A stretch of 64,000 nt of DNA from Terriglobia bacterium (GTDB taxonomy: Bacteria > Acidobacteriota > Terriglobia > Bryobacterales > UBA6623). Made by a program: the position numbers and the translations under genes. Positions 1-9,519 of this stretch are shown piece by piece; position 1 is the stretch's first letter, and every line of letters starts with the position of its first letter. The stretch spans positions 31,875-95,874 of the forward strand of contig VXMF01000037.1 in NCBI GenBank assembly GCA_009841225.1. Reading direction: 5' to 3'. Below the pieces are notes generated by a model. The model did not search any database. It was not told where the DNA came from and saw only the letters and a list, made by a program, of their open reading frames with translations.

Positions 1-19
1 ATCATGTCCTGACGCAACA

Positions 20-1360
20 CTAGTCGCGCTCGTCCAGCAAATACGCCGAGCCCTTGCCGGTTCCCTGCCAGGCATAGAACAGCAGCAGGTCGTCCACGCT
101 CTGTCCGCCTGCGCCGCGCACGAACTTAACGCTCTGGTAGCGCAGTCCCGCCTTTGGCGTCAGGTCGCGGGCGCGCTTCCAGTGAGTGCCCGAAGCGTCT
201 GAGGCCCATTCCTCGACGCGGTCGCCCCAGCCGTAGCTGTTCATGAGCGTGTCCTCGTTGGTCTCGCCGTCGCCGGCGATCAAGAAGGCTTGGAAGGACC
301 CGTCCGGGCGCGCTACCAAGTGCGTCGAGTTGAACGGATGCCCGGTCCCCGTGAGGCGCGTCTTCTCCCACTTGCCTGCGCGCATGCGGACGAAATAGAA
401 CGTCGAAGCGTAGGGCGTCTCGCCCGATACCGGCAGCAGGAAGTTCGGCTCGCCGCCCGGCCCGAGTGCGATCGACGGGCCCACAGACGCACTGCCGCCT
501 TCTGTGTCTAGCACCAAGCAGTCGCGCTGGGCGCTTGCGAAGTTCACTGGCCTGGCGAGTTCCTTGCCGTGCGCGTTGAAGACCTTCCCGCTCGCGAGAT
601 CGGCCCGGACATAGTAGAGGTTGTGGCGCCGGGTGTAGTCATGCAGCACCGAGCCGTAGCGCTGGCTCGCGATGGGTTCCTCGACCTTCCAAATGAAGGC
701 GATGTGCAGCGCGCTGCCGTCTGCGCTCACCTGTGTCGTCTGGTACGAGCCGGCGTGGGACGCCAGCGGCGACTCGTGCGGAGGCGCGTCCATATCAATA
801 ACCGGGCTCTTCGGCTTCTCCCAGGTGCGGCCCCCGTCGGCGGAGGTGCGATAGGTCCAAAAGCCCAAGTGGCCGCTCTCGCGGAAGTAGACAAGCGTCC
901 TGCCATCAGCGAGATCGTGGACTTGCGGGTAGGACACCGAGTGCGAAATCTCGGCAAGCCGCTCCCATGCGTTCGTCGCGCCGGGCTGCTTCGTCGCTAG
1001 GTGGTATCCCGGAGTCCTATGGAAGCCGAAAGCGACGTGCAGGCGGCCGTCCGACTCGGCCCAGACAACCGGCGCATAGTGTTGGTCCCGCTCGAACCGC
1101 GCGGCATCGATTTTGATGCCAGTTCCGGTCAGCAGCATGCGTGGCTCGGAGAACTTGCGCTCAGCGAGGTCATAGGAGCGAATCCAAGGCAGACCCTTGT
1201 CGCCGCGCCAGACCATGTGCAGCTGACCCTGGCTCACAACCGCTTGAGGGTACATGCGGTTGTCATAGAGCATCTTCAGCGCTCCGTCTCCGGCGAAGCG
1301 CACAACCTGGGCTGCCAGTGGGCAGCTAGCCAGCAGCAATGTGAACAGGAGGGGCCTCAT
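20..1360 (-). CDS. Secreted BNR-4/Asp-box beta-propeller protein (sialidase/lyase-like fold)
   Basis: Signal peptide MRPLLFTLLLASCPLAAQ (start moved from ORF-track 1444 to ATG 1360); SYPQ motif; Asp-box YRTSADGGRTW; HxHH-like motif FGFHRT. Confidence 0.65.
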   Translation of the reverse strand: MRPLLFTLLLASCPLAAQVVRFAGDGALKMLYDNRMYPQAVVSQGQLHMVWRGDKGLPWIRSYDLAERKFSEPRMLLTGTGIKIDAARFERDQHYAPVVWAESDGRLHVAFGFHRTPGYHLATKQPGATNAWERLAEISHSVSYPQVHDLADGRTLVYFRESGHLGFWTYRTSADGGRTWEKPKSPVIDMDAPPHESPLASHAGSYQTTQVSADGSALHIAFIWKVEEPIASQRYGSVLHDYTRRHNLYYVRADLASGKVFNAHGKELARPVNFASAQRDCLVLDTEGGSASVGPSIALGPGGEPNFLLPVSGETPYASTFYFVRMRAGKWEKTRLTGTGHPFNSTHLVARPDGSFQAFLIAGDGETNEDTLMNSYGWGDRVEEWASDASGTHWKRARDLTPKAGLRYQSVKFVRGAGGQSVDDLLLFYAWQGTGKGSAYLLDERD

Positions 1361-1517
1361 GAGTGCGTCCAGCATAGCCCGGCACCGAGAACTGCGCAAA
1401 CGTGGCGGCGGGGTGGCCTGAATCCCTAGCGCATGCCTCGTCATGCTTCCTCCCGCGGCGTCGGACGCGGCAGCTGCGCGGGCACCGCTCCGCGTCCGGG
1501 TCTCTTCGCCAACGCTG

Positions 1518-1526
1518 TGCTAGACT
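1518..1526 (+). promoter_or_regulatory. Putative extended -10 element of the rpmH operon
   Basis: TGcTAGACT about 60 nt upstream of the rpmH ATG. Confidence 0.35.
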
Positions 1527-1586
1527 GATGTTTCAGGCTCTTCGGGACGTTGCAACCCAAGAGACACCCGACGGAAGGGGCAGCTG

Positions 1587-1751
1587 ATGCCGAAGAGAAC
1601 ATACCAGCCGAACCGGCGCAAGAGAGCGAAGACGCACGGGTTCCGCATTCGGATGAGGACAGCGGGAGGCCGACGTGTGCTCAAAGCTCGCCGCGCCAAG
1701 GGGCGCAAGCGCCTCACCGTCAGCGACGAGAAGCGCGGAATTCGCACCTGA
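1587..1751 (+). CDS. rpmH: 50S ribosomal protein L34 (missing from the ORF track)
   Basis: Translated by hand: [54 protein letters not shown]; purine-rich RBS GGAAGGGG upstream; first gene of the rpmH-rnpA-yidC cluster. Confidence 0.98.
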   Translation: MPKRTYQPNRRKRAKTHGFRIRMRTAGGRRVLKARRAKGRKRLTVSDEKRGIRT

Positions 1752-2112
1752 TCTGACCGTCGGCAGGGGGTTCCCGAGGCAACGACGCATCCTCAAGCGC
1801 GCCGAATTCCAAGCAGTCTATGATGGAGGTGTTCGGGTCGGGGCTCGGCTAGTCACGGTCTTTGCGATGGTAACCGGTACGGACCGTCCCGCCCGTGTCG
1901 GCCTGACAGTCACCCGCAAGGTCGGTAACTCCGTAGTCAGGAACCGCTGCAAGCGCTTGCTGCGCGAGGCCGTTCGCCAGCACTGGCGCTTGCTGCCAAC
2001 CGGCATGGACGTGGTGCTGCACGCCCGTTACGGGCTCGCCACGGCGCAGGCCCGAGAGGTGGAGAGAGAGATTGCCCGAATGCTGCCCAAGGCCGCGCAG
2101 AGGCTCAGCTGA
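1675..2112 (+). CDS. rnpA: Ribonuclease P protein component (start uncertain, homology begins about 1753)
   Basis: [33 protein letters not shown] (RNR motif); follows rpmH. Confidence 0.93.
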   Translation: MCSKLAAPRGASASPSATRSAEFAPDLTVGRGFPRQRRILKRAEFQAVYDGGVRVGARLVTVFAMVTGTDRPARVGLTVTRKVGNSVVRNRCKRLLREAVRQHWRLLPTGMDVVLHARYGLATAQAREVEREIARMLPKAAQRLS

Positions 2113-2374
2113 GCCACCGGGGCGGCGCCGGCGCAGTGTCCCGCAAGCCATCGCGTTGGCGATCCTGCGGGTCTACAAGGTGGCCGTATCGCCGTTGGTG
2201 CCGCCCGCATGCCGATTCCACCCGACCTGCTCGGACTATGCACACGAGGCCATCGAGCATCACGGGATTGCCCGCGGCGCTCTGTTGGCGGCCAAGCGGC
2301 TGATTCGCTGCCACCCGTTCTCGCCTGGCGGAATCGACCTAGTCCCAAAGGCCGTCCGGCGAGTGGATCACTAA
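2072..2374 (+). CDS. yidD: Membrane protein insertion efficiency factor YidD (start uncertain)
   Basis: [11 protein letters not shown]...[12 protein letters not shown] motif; position between rnpA and yidC. Confidence 0.93.
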   Translation: MPECCPRPRRGSAEPPGRRRRSVPQAIALAILRVYKVAVSPLVPPACRFHPTCSDYAHEAIEHHGIARGALLAAKRLIRCHPFSPGGIDLVPKAVRRVDH

Positions 2375-2378
2375 GCCC

Positions 2379-4094
2379 GTGAACGACGAACAATTTATCC
2401 AACGCCGAATGCTCATGGCAGCGGTCCTTTCGGCCGTGGTGATGGGCCTGTATATCTATCTGGCTCCGCGCCCCGAACCTCCTCCGCAACCCACACAGGA
2501 CACGCGCGAGGAGACCATCGCGGAACCCGCCGAGTCGGGCGGCCAAGCCGAGCCGGAGCAGCGGCGAGCGACTGCTTCCGAGGAGGCCGACGACGCTGAT
2601 ATCGAAGCTCAGGCCGAGCAAACGGTGGTGGTCGAGAACGAGAACTACCGCGTGGAGTTCACCAACCGCGGGGCCGTGGTGACGAGTTGGCAACTCAAGC
2701 AATACAACGACTCGCTCGGCAATCCGCTCGACCTGGTCCACGCTGACGGGGCCAAGCGCTACGGCATGCCGTTCCGTCTGGTGCGGCCGGGCGGCGACCC
2801 GATCGAGGGCGCCGACGAGGTGCTGTTCACGGTCAACCCCGGTAGAAACGTGCGCAACGCGCCGGAGACCCTGACCTTCGAATACGCAAAGTCCGGCCTA
2901 CGAATTCTCAAGCGCTTCGCGTTCGAGGGCTCCGGCCACATCGTGCAGGTCGAGACCCAGGTCTTGGAAGCGGGCCGTCCGCAGCGCCACCTGCTGGCTT
3001 GGGGGGGCGGCTTCGGCGATACGGCCCAGGCGGGCAACTCCGTGCACAGCCAGACCTATTACTACACGGATGGCGATATCGAGTACGTACCCGCCGACGA
3101 TGCCGAGGACGAGCGCATTACCCATTCCGGCCCCTTCCCTTTCGTGGGCATAGCGGACCTGTTCTTCACCGCAGCCGCCATCCCCGAGCCCGGACAAGAC
3201 ATCCGGATCGAGACCAGCGCCATCGAAATCGTGCCGGCGGGGGCCGAGCCCGACGAGCAGCAGACCTACGTGGCCGGCACCTTTGGCGGCGCCACCGACA
3301 ATCGCTTCCGGCTTTACGTGGGCCCGAAGAGCCGCGCGGCCCTAGCGGAGGTCGGAGACGTCGGCAGCGCCTTCCGCGGCATCGTCGATTACGGCTTCTT
3401 CGCCTTCATCGCCGAGCCGCTCGTGTTCATGCTGCGCTGGGTGCACTCCAACATCGTCGCCAACTGGGGTTGGAGCATCGTCATCGTCACGATCATCATC
3501 AATACGATCCTGTTCCCGCTCAAGTTCAAGAGCACCAAGTCCATGCGCAGGATGCAGCAGCTGCAGCCGCTGGTCAAGGAGATCAACAACCGCTACAAGG
3601 GCGTGACGATGCGCGACCCGCGCAAGGCCAAGCAAAACGAGGAGCTGCAGGCCCTGTACAAGAAGCATAACGCCAATCCCATGGGCGGCTGCCTGCCGAT
3701 CCTGCTGCAGATGCCGTTCTTCTTCGCCTTCTACAAACTGCTCACGGTGGCGATCGAGATGCGCCAAGCAGAGTGGCTGTGGGTGTCCGACCTGTCCAAT
3801 CCCGAAACCCTGGCCATCCGCGTGCTGCCACTGGCCATGGTGGCCACCCAGTTCTGGTCTCAGTCGCTCACGCCCACTCCAACGGCGGACGCCATGCAGG
3901 CCCGCATGATGAAGTTCATGCCGCTAGTGTTCGGATTCATCTTCTACCAGTTCCAAGCCGGCCTAGTGCTATACTGGCTGACCAGCAATTGTGTGGGCAT
4001 AGCGCAGCAACTCGTGCTGAACCGGCTACCGCAGGAACAATTGGAACTGGACCGCAAGCCGCAGCGGGGCAAACGGAAAAAGCGCGGCAAGTAG
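2379..4094 (+). CDS. yidC: Membrane protein insertase YidC
   Basis: N-terminal TM, periplasmic domain with FTNRGA, NWGWSIV, NPMGGCLPILLQMP, GLVLYW. Confidence 0.97.
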   Translation: MNDEQFIQRRMLMAAVLSAVVMGLYIYLAPRPEPPPQPTQDTREETIAEPAESGGQAEPEQRRATASEEADDADIEAQAEQTVVVENENYRVEFTNRGAVVTSWQLKQYNDSLGNPLDLVHADGAKRYGMPFRLVRPGGDPIEGADEVLFTVNPGRNVRNAPETLTFEYAKSGLRILKRFAFEGSGHIVQVETQVLEAGRPQRHLLAWGGGFGDTAQAGNSVHSQTYYYTDGDIEYVPADDAEDERITHSGPFPFVGIADLFFTAAAIPEPGQDIRIETSAIEIVPAGAEPDEQQTYVAGTFGGATDNRFRLYVGPKSRAALAEVGDVGSAFRGIVDYGFFAFIAEPLVFMLRWVHSNIVANWGWSIVIVTIIINTILFPLKFKSTKSMRRMQQLQPLVKEINNRYKGVTMRDPRKAKQNEELQALYKKHNANPMGGCLPILLQMPFFFAFYKLLTVAIEMRQAEWLWVSDLSNPETLAIRVLPLAMVATQFWSQSLTPTPTADAMQARMMKFMPLVFGFIFYQFQAGLVLYWLTSNCVGIAQQLVLNRLPQEQLELDRKPQRGKRKKRGK

Positions 4095-4129
4095 TGCGCC
4101 GCAGTTCCCCAGCGGCGCGGCAAACGACC

Positions 4130-4636
4130 ATGGCAGACATCGAATGGACCGTTGAATCCCTCGGCCCGCTAATCGATGACTTTCTCAACCCCGTGCTGGA
4201 TGCGGCCGACCTCGACATCGACTACGACATATTCGAGGTGAAGGGCAAGCTCGCGGTGATCGGCCCTGAGCTGATGGTCGATTTCGAGGGAAACGACGCG
4301 CGCATGCTCCTGCACCGCCGGGCAGAGCTGCTTCTGGCCTTGGAGCAACTGACCCTCGAGGCCCTGCGCATCCCGCACCAAGACCGCTACCGGCTGATCT
4401 TCGATGTGAACGACTACCGCATGCACCGCATCGAAGAGCTGTGTTTGAAGGCCAAGGCCGCTGCGGAGCAAGTCAAGCAGACCGGCAAGCCGTACAGGTT
4501 TCGCCCGATGACTTCCCGCGAGCGGCGCATCGTACATGTCACGCTCAGCGACGACGATGCGATCGAGACCCTCTCCGAGGGCACCCCGCCCAACCGCTAC
4601 ACGGTGGTCGAGCCACGCGCCAGCGAAGACAGCTAG
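4130..4636 (+). CDS. jag: Jag/EloR (KhpB) RNA-binding protein, KH plus R3H domains
   Basis: DVNDYR; R3H motif PMTSRERRIVH; SEG; follows yidC; ATG 4130 chosen instead of 3773. Confidence 0.88.
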   Translation: MADIEWTVESLGPLIDDFLNPVLDAADLDIDYDIFEVKGKLAVIGPELMVDFEGNDARMLLHRRAELLLALEQLTLEALRIPHQDRYRLIFDVNDYRMHRIEELCLKAKAAAEQVKQTGKPYRFRPMTSRERRIVHVTLSDDDAIETLSEGTPPNRYTVVEPRASEDS

Positions 4637-4681
4637 CGGCGGCCAGCGATCGGCTGCCCCGGACAGCCCATTGAATCGGCC

Positions 4682-6052
4682 GTGCCCCCGCTTGACCCGC
4701 ATCTGTCCGCGCTGGCGGCGGATACCATCGTCGCGCCAGCCACGCCGGCCGGGCGCTCGGCCGTGGGACTGGTCAGGCTGTCGGGCAGCCAGGCGGTAGA
4801 GATCGCCAGCGGCCTATTGCGGCGACGGCAGTGGCGCCCGCGCGAGGCAGTCCTAGACCACCTAGTCGATGCCGAAGGGGCACTCGTCGACCAAGTATTG
4901 GTAACGCTGTTCCAAGCGCCCGCCAGCTACACGGGCGAGGACGTGGTCGAAATCTGCTGTCACGGCTCCCCCCCGGTATTGCGGCACGCCGTCGAGCGAG
5001 CTGCGGAGCTGGGCGCCCGCCTGGCCGAGCCGGGAGAATTCACGCGGCGAGCCTGGCGCAACGGCCGCATGGATCTGGTCCAGGCCGAGGCGGTACGCGA
5101 TCTGATCGATTCTGCCACGCTCTACCAAGCCCGCATCGCCGCGCGGCAGACGACCGGGGCGCTCTCCAAGCGGCTGCAGGCTGTCAAGCAGTCACTGCTA
5201 ACGCTGATCGCACGGCTGGAGGCGGGGATCGACTTTGCCGAAGACGACATCGAGGTGGAAGACAGCGCGGCGATCACGGCGGCCTTGGCGCCGCTGCAAC
5301 AGCAGATCGGCGCTTTGGCGGAAGGGTTCACTGTCGGCAAGGTAGTGCGCAGCGGCCTGCGACTCGCCATCGTGGGCCGCCCGAACGTCGGCAAGTCCAG
5401 TCTGTTCAACCGTCTCTTGGAGCGCGAGCGGGCGATCGTCAACGCCGCCGCGGGCACAACCCGGGATTCGATCAGCGAGACGGCGTCATTCAATGGGATA
5501 CCGGTGGACCTAGTGGACACCGCGGGCATCCGGGCGACCGGAGATGCAATCGAATCAGAGGGTGTCCAGCGGTCGTGGCAGAGCTTGCACGACGCCGATT
5601 GCGCCTTGGTCGTGGTGGATCTCTCGCAGCCCGACACGGCCGAAGACGACGAGCTTTGGCGGCGCGCGAGCTCGGCTTGCCCGGCGCTGCTGGTGGGCAA
5701 CAAGCTGGACCTGCCGCGCCGACGCGGCAAGTCCGAAGAGCTGATCGCCGTGTCGGCCAAGACCGGCGAGGGCATCGCGGACTTGCGCGGACGGATCCGC
5801 CAGCGCGCTCTGCCCGGATTGGACACTCTGCACGAGGGCTCGCTGGTCACCAACATCCGCCAAGAGCAACTGCTGCGCGAGGCGCTGCAGGCGCTCGAAA
5901 GGGCATCGGCCGGCGTCCGGGCGAAGGTCCCCCATGAAATGCTGTTGCTCGATCTGTACGAGGCCTTGGGACCTCTGGATGCGATCACGGGAGCGACTTC
6001 GCTGGAGGATATCTTGGACCAGATCTTTTCCACGTTTTGCATCGGCAAATAG
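4682..6052 (+). CDS. mnmE: tRNA modification GTPase MnmE
   Basis: DTIVAPAT, SYTGEDVVEICCHG, GRPNVGKSS, GTTRD, DTAG, NKLD, C-terminal FCIGK. Confidence 0.98.
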   Translation: MPPLDPHLSALAADTIVAPATPAGRSAVGLVRLSGSQAVEIASGLLRRRQWRPREAVLDHLVDAEGALVDQVLVTLFQAPASYTGEDVVEICCHGSPPVLRHAVERAAELGARLAEPGEFTRRAWRNGRMDLVQAEAVRDLIDSATLYQARIAARQTTGALSKRLQAVKQSLLTLIARLEAGIDFAEDDIEVEDSAAITAALAPLQQQIGALAEGFTVGKVVRSGLRLAIVGRPNVGKSSLFNRLLERERAIVNAAAGTTRDSISETASFNGIPVDLVDTAGIRATGDAIESEGVQRSWQSLHDADCALVVVDLSQPDTAEDDELWRRASSACPALLVGNKLDLPRRRGKSEELIAVSAKTGEGIADLRGRIRQRALPGLDTLHEGSLVTNIRQEQLLREALQALERASAGVRAKVPHEMLLLDLYEALGPLDAITGATSLEDILDQIFSTFCIGK

Positions 6053-6203
6053 ATCCCGCCGCGCGGCGCGCTGGTGGATCCCCGACTGCCAATGCCCGCC
6101 AGTAGAAGCGCGTGCGACATTCGCTTCGTGGCGGCGGATTCGAGCGCGGGAATCTCTTCGTTCTATCGGTCGGTGCGACCGCGCCGGGACTCGAGCAGCC
6201 AAA

Positions 6204-6209
6204 TATAAT
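6204..6209 (+). promoter_or_regulatory. Consensus -10 element just upstream of purS
   Basis: Perfect TATAAT, with 5 nt between it and the TTG start. Confidence 0.5.
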
Positions 6210-6214
6210 GGGAC

Positions 6215-6466
6215 TTGAAGGCCATCATCCAAGTCGCTCCCAAGAAGACCGTGCTGGACCCGCAGGGACGCGCCATCACCAAGGCGCTCCAAGGCCACGG
6301 ACACGAGGACATTGTCGACGTCCGGCAGGGCAAGTTCTTCGAGATTGAACTTGCGCAAGGGGACAGTCCCGAAGGAGTCCGGGAGCGCCTTGAGCGCCTA
6401 GCAGCGGAAGTGCTAGCCAACCCCGTGATCGAAGACTACGAAGTGACCCTGCTGGACGCGCCCTAG
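6215..6466 (+). CDS. purS: Phosphoribosylformylglycinamidine synthase subunit PurS
   Basis: VLDPQG, VRQGK, LANPVIEDY motifs; 83 aa. Confidence 0.95.
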   Translation: MKAIIQVAPKKTVLDPQGRAITKALQGHGHEDIVDVRQGKFFEIELAQGDSPEGVRERLERLAAEVLANPVIEDYEVTLLDAP

Positions 6467-6480
6467 CCCGGACAAGCGCT

Positions 6481-8337
6481 ATGGCCGGAATCGTCGGATA
6501 TACGGGGCGCAAGCAGGCGGCCTCGGTCATCCTCGACGGTCTCCGGAGGCTCGAATACGGTGGCTACGACTCGGCCGGGCTTGCCGTGGGATCCGCCAAG
6601 GGCGTGCAGTCCCGCCACACCACCGGCACGCTGCGCAACTTGGAGACCGCAGTCCGGCTCGAGCCGGTTCGCGGCACGTTCGGCGTGGGGCACACCAGTT
6701 GGATTGCGCGCCACCTCGCGCGACCATTGCCGGCGACAGCCGCCAGGCTGTCCAAGCGGGGCATTCTGGTCGCGGTTTCCGGCGAGCCCGGCAACCTCGA
6801 CGCTCTTTGGGAGCGGCTGCCGGATGGCAGCGCGCGGCGGGAATCCACCAGCACGCCCGAAGCTCTGGCGCTGCTGATTCGCAGCAACCGCAGGAAGGGC
6901 GACTCGCTCGAAGAGGCCGTCCGTCGCTCGATCGTCGACATCGAGGGCATCTGCGCCATCGCGGCGATTGCCAACGACGAGCCCGGCAAGGTCGTGGCGG
7001 CCCGCCTGGGCCAGCCGACACTGATCGGTCTGGGAAAGCACGAGAACTTCATCGCCTCCGACAAGCCCGCCATCCTGCACAGGACCCGCGACATGATTCA
7101 GCTCGAGGACGGCGATATCGCGGTCGTAACTTCCCGGGGCGTGCAGGTGATGGACTCCGATGGCCGTCGCCTGTCGCGCTCGGTGCATCACGTCCTGTGG
7201 GACCCGCTAATGGCCGAGAAGGGCGGCTACAAGCACTTCGTGCTGAAAGAGATCTTCGAGCAGCCGCGAGCCATCCGCGACACTGCCCTGGGCCGCTTGG
7301 ACGAAGAGACCGGCAACGTGGTGCTCGACGAGCTGGGCGTGACCCTGCGCGAATTGCGGGCGGTGCGCCACTTGAACGTGATCGGCTCGGGCAGCTCGTG
7401 GCACGCAGGGTTGATCGCCCAGAACATCGTCGAGCAACTGGCCCGCGTGCCCGTGAAGGTTGAGTTCGGCAGCGAATTCCGCTACAGCGACCCGGTCATC
7501 GACGACCGGGTGCTCTCGCTCGTCGTGAGCAAGTCGGGTGAGACCGCGGACACCTTGGCCGCCCAGCAGCTGGCGCACGAGCTGGGTTCAAAGACCATCG
7601 CGATCTGCAACTCCATCGATTCGACGATGGCCCATAACGCCCGCGGCGCGATCCACACGCACGCCGGCCCTGAACTGGCGGCGGTATCGACCAAGGCCTT
7701 CAGTGCACAGCTGACAGCGCTATACCTGTTCGCGATGTACCTGGGCCAAGCCCGCGACACGCTCTCCGGCGAAGCGTCGCGACAGTGCGCGCGCGACCTG
7801 CTGGAACTGCCCAGTAAGGTCGAGTCCGCTCTCGAGCTTGCCCCGGATTGCGAGCGGGTGGCGCGTCAGCTCGCGCACACAAACAAGGTCCTGTACCTCG
7901 GGCGCGGCATCCACTACCCGATCGCGCTGGAAGCAGCGCGCATGCTCAAGGAACTGTCACGCATTCAAGCCGATGCCTGCGCGGCTGGGGAAATGCGCCA
8001 CGGCCCCACGGCGCTCGTCGATTCCGACATGGTCGTGGTGGTGCTCGCCACGGTGGACCAGAGCTCTCCCTCCAGCCGCCTGCGCTACGAAAAGACGCTT
8101 TCCCAGGTGCGGGAAGTGACGGCGCGGCACGGGCGGGCGATCTGCATCGCGAACGAGCATGACGCCCGCATCGCCCAATACGCCCACGAAGTCATCCGCG
8201 TCCCGGTCATGCGCGAGCCGCTGCAGTCGGCGGTCTCGCACATCCCCCTGCAGTTGCTGGCTTATTACACGGCCGTGCTGCGGGGTTGCGACGTCGACCA
8301 ACCACGCGACCTAGGTCGCAGTATCACCGCCGACTGA
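6481..8337 (+). CDS. GlmS (glutamine-fructose-6-P amidotransferase) paralog with degenerate catalytic residues
   Basis: Full GlmS architecture (GYDSAG, KGGYKHF.LKEIFEQP, S.SGETADT, STKAF, GE..HGP), but Cys1 is Ala, HTRW is HTSW, HNG is VSG and AKSVTVE is GRSITAD. Confidence 0.85.
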   Translation: MAGIVGYTGRKQAASVILDGLRRLEYGGYDSAGLAVGSAKGVQSRHTTGTLRNLETAVRLEPVRGTFGVGHTSWIARHLARPLPATAARLSKRGILVAVSGEPGNLDALWERLPDGSARRESTSTPEALALLIRSNRRKGDSLEEAVRRSIVDIEGICAIAAIANDEPGKVVAARLGQPTLIGLGKHENFIASDKPAILHRTRDMIQLEDGDIAVVTSRGVQVMDSDGRRLSRSVHHVLWDPLMAEKGGYKHFVLKEIFEQPRAIRDTALGRLDEETGNVVLDELGVTLRELRAVRHLNVIGSGSSWHAGLIAQNIVEQLARVPVKVEFGSEFRYSDPVIDDRVLSLVVSKSGETADTLAAQQLAHELGSKTIAICNSIDSTMAHNARGAIHTHAGPELAAVSTKAFSAQLTALYLFAMYLGQARDTLSGEASRQCARDLLELPSKVESALELAPDCERVARQLAHTNKVLYLGRGIHYPIALEAARMLKELSRIQADACAAGEMRHGPTALVDSDMVVVVLATVDQSSPSSRLRYEKTLSQVREVTARHGRAICIANEHDARIAQYAHEVIRVPVMREPLQSAVSHIPLQLLAYYTAVLRGCDVDQPRDLGRSITAD

Positions 8338-8353
8338 GCGCAGGCTAGATCGC

Positions 8354-9376
8354 TCAGCGGCGTTTGAGCGTCGGGCGCTCGTCCTCTTCCTCTTCGGTCG
8401 ACTCCACATCGATGTCGTCCGTCGGGATCGTGCCGCCTGAACTGGTACGACGCAAGCGCGGCTTGTTGGGATCGTCCGAGGTCTCCTTGCGACGCAGCAC
8501 GAGCTGCTCGAGGCGGGCCTTGACCTGCAGGAATTCCGACGTGTTGACGACGTACTCGGACTTGCTCGGCAACAGCTGGTCAATGTTCTTCTGGGTCTTG
8601 CGGATGCGCGATCCGTGCGGCGGGTGACTGCGGAACAACTTCGACATCGTGCCGGGCCGACGCTTCTCGTCAGCCAGCATCTTCTCGAAGAAGTCGATGA
8701 ACGAGGTTGGATCGTAACCCGACTTGTACAAGTACTGCACGCCCAGGAAGTCGGCCTCCGACTCCATCCCCCTCGAGAACTTCAGGAACGTCATCGGGAT
8801 CAGGAAGCTGCTGGCTTGGTAGATGCCGTACCCCGTCCAGCCGCCGATGAACAGCAGAGGAATCGAGGCGATCTGGACCAGTTGGCCCTTGGTGGCCTGG
8901 CGCGTGCCGTGGCGCGCGGCCACGTGAGCGATCTCGTGCGCCATCACGCCAGCCAGCTCGGACTCGCTATCGGCCCGCAGCATCAGCCCGGAATTGACGA
9001 AGAAGAAGCCGCCCGGCAGGGCGAAGGCATTGACGTCGGCACTGTCAATGAGCTTGATCGTGAACGGCACCTTGGCGTCTGAGTTGCGAACCAGATTCTG
9101 GCCGACCCGGTTCACGTACTCGGCAATCACGGGGTCGTCGACGATCTTGGAGTGCCGCTCGACATCCTGGGCCATGCGCTTGCCCATCGCGATTTCCTTC
9201 TCGATCGAATAGAAATTGACGCCCTTGCCGACATCGCGCTCGCCGATCGCCTCGACATCCTTCTTTGCAGACTTCGGCCTCTGCTGCTTGTTGTTGGAGT
9301 TCCCCTGTTGGGCAAGCGCCACGCTACCAAAGAACAGCGCGAGCGTGAGCGTCAGGCATCGTTTCGTCCAAGTCAT
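8354..9376 (-). CDS. M48 family (BepA-like) zinc metallopeptidase, exported
   Basis: Signal peptide; NAFALPGG, HEIAH zinc motif, ESEAD, SHP; GGAGG RBS upstream of ATG 9376. Confidence 0.9.
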   Translation of the reverse strand: MTWTKRCLTLTLALFFGSVALAQQGNSNNKQQRPKSAKKDVEAIGERDVGKGVNFYSIEKEIAMGKRMAQDVERHSKIVDDPVIAEYVNRVGQNLVRNSDAKVPFTIKLIDSADVNAFALPGGFFFVNSGLMLRADSESELAGVMAHEIAHVAARHGTRQATKGQLVQIASIPLLFIGGWTGYGIYQASSFLIPMTFLKFSRGMESEADFLGVQYLYKSGYDPTSFIDFFEKMLADEKRRPGTMSKLFRSHPPHGSRIRKTQKNIDQLLPSKSEYVVNTSEFLQVKARLEQLVLRRKETSDDPNKPRLRRTSSGGTIPTDDIDVESTEEEEDERPTLKRR

Positions 9377-9519
9377 GGCTGACATCCCTCCATGAGGCCG
9401 GGCAGAACTTCGATCTGGCTGGGCACGTTCAGTATAGCCCTGTTTGAAATTCTGTGCCCGGTTACGCCTTACACTAAGCGGAATTAAGCCGGGCAGTGGG
9501 TCTGGCTGCGCCCCCACCC

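Noticed and set aside
6467-6480. glmS ribozyme upstream of the glmS-like gene
   Set aside because: Only 14 nt separate purS and the gene, leaving no room for the ribozyme.
6481-8337. Calling the glmS-like gene either a functional glmS or a pseudogene
   Set aside because: Catalytic residues are substituted, so not a canonical GlmS; but there are no stops or frameshifts in 618 codons, so there is no direct evidence of pseudogenisation.
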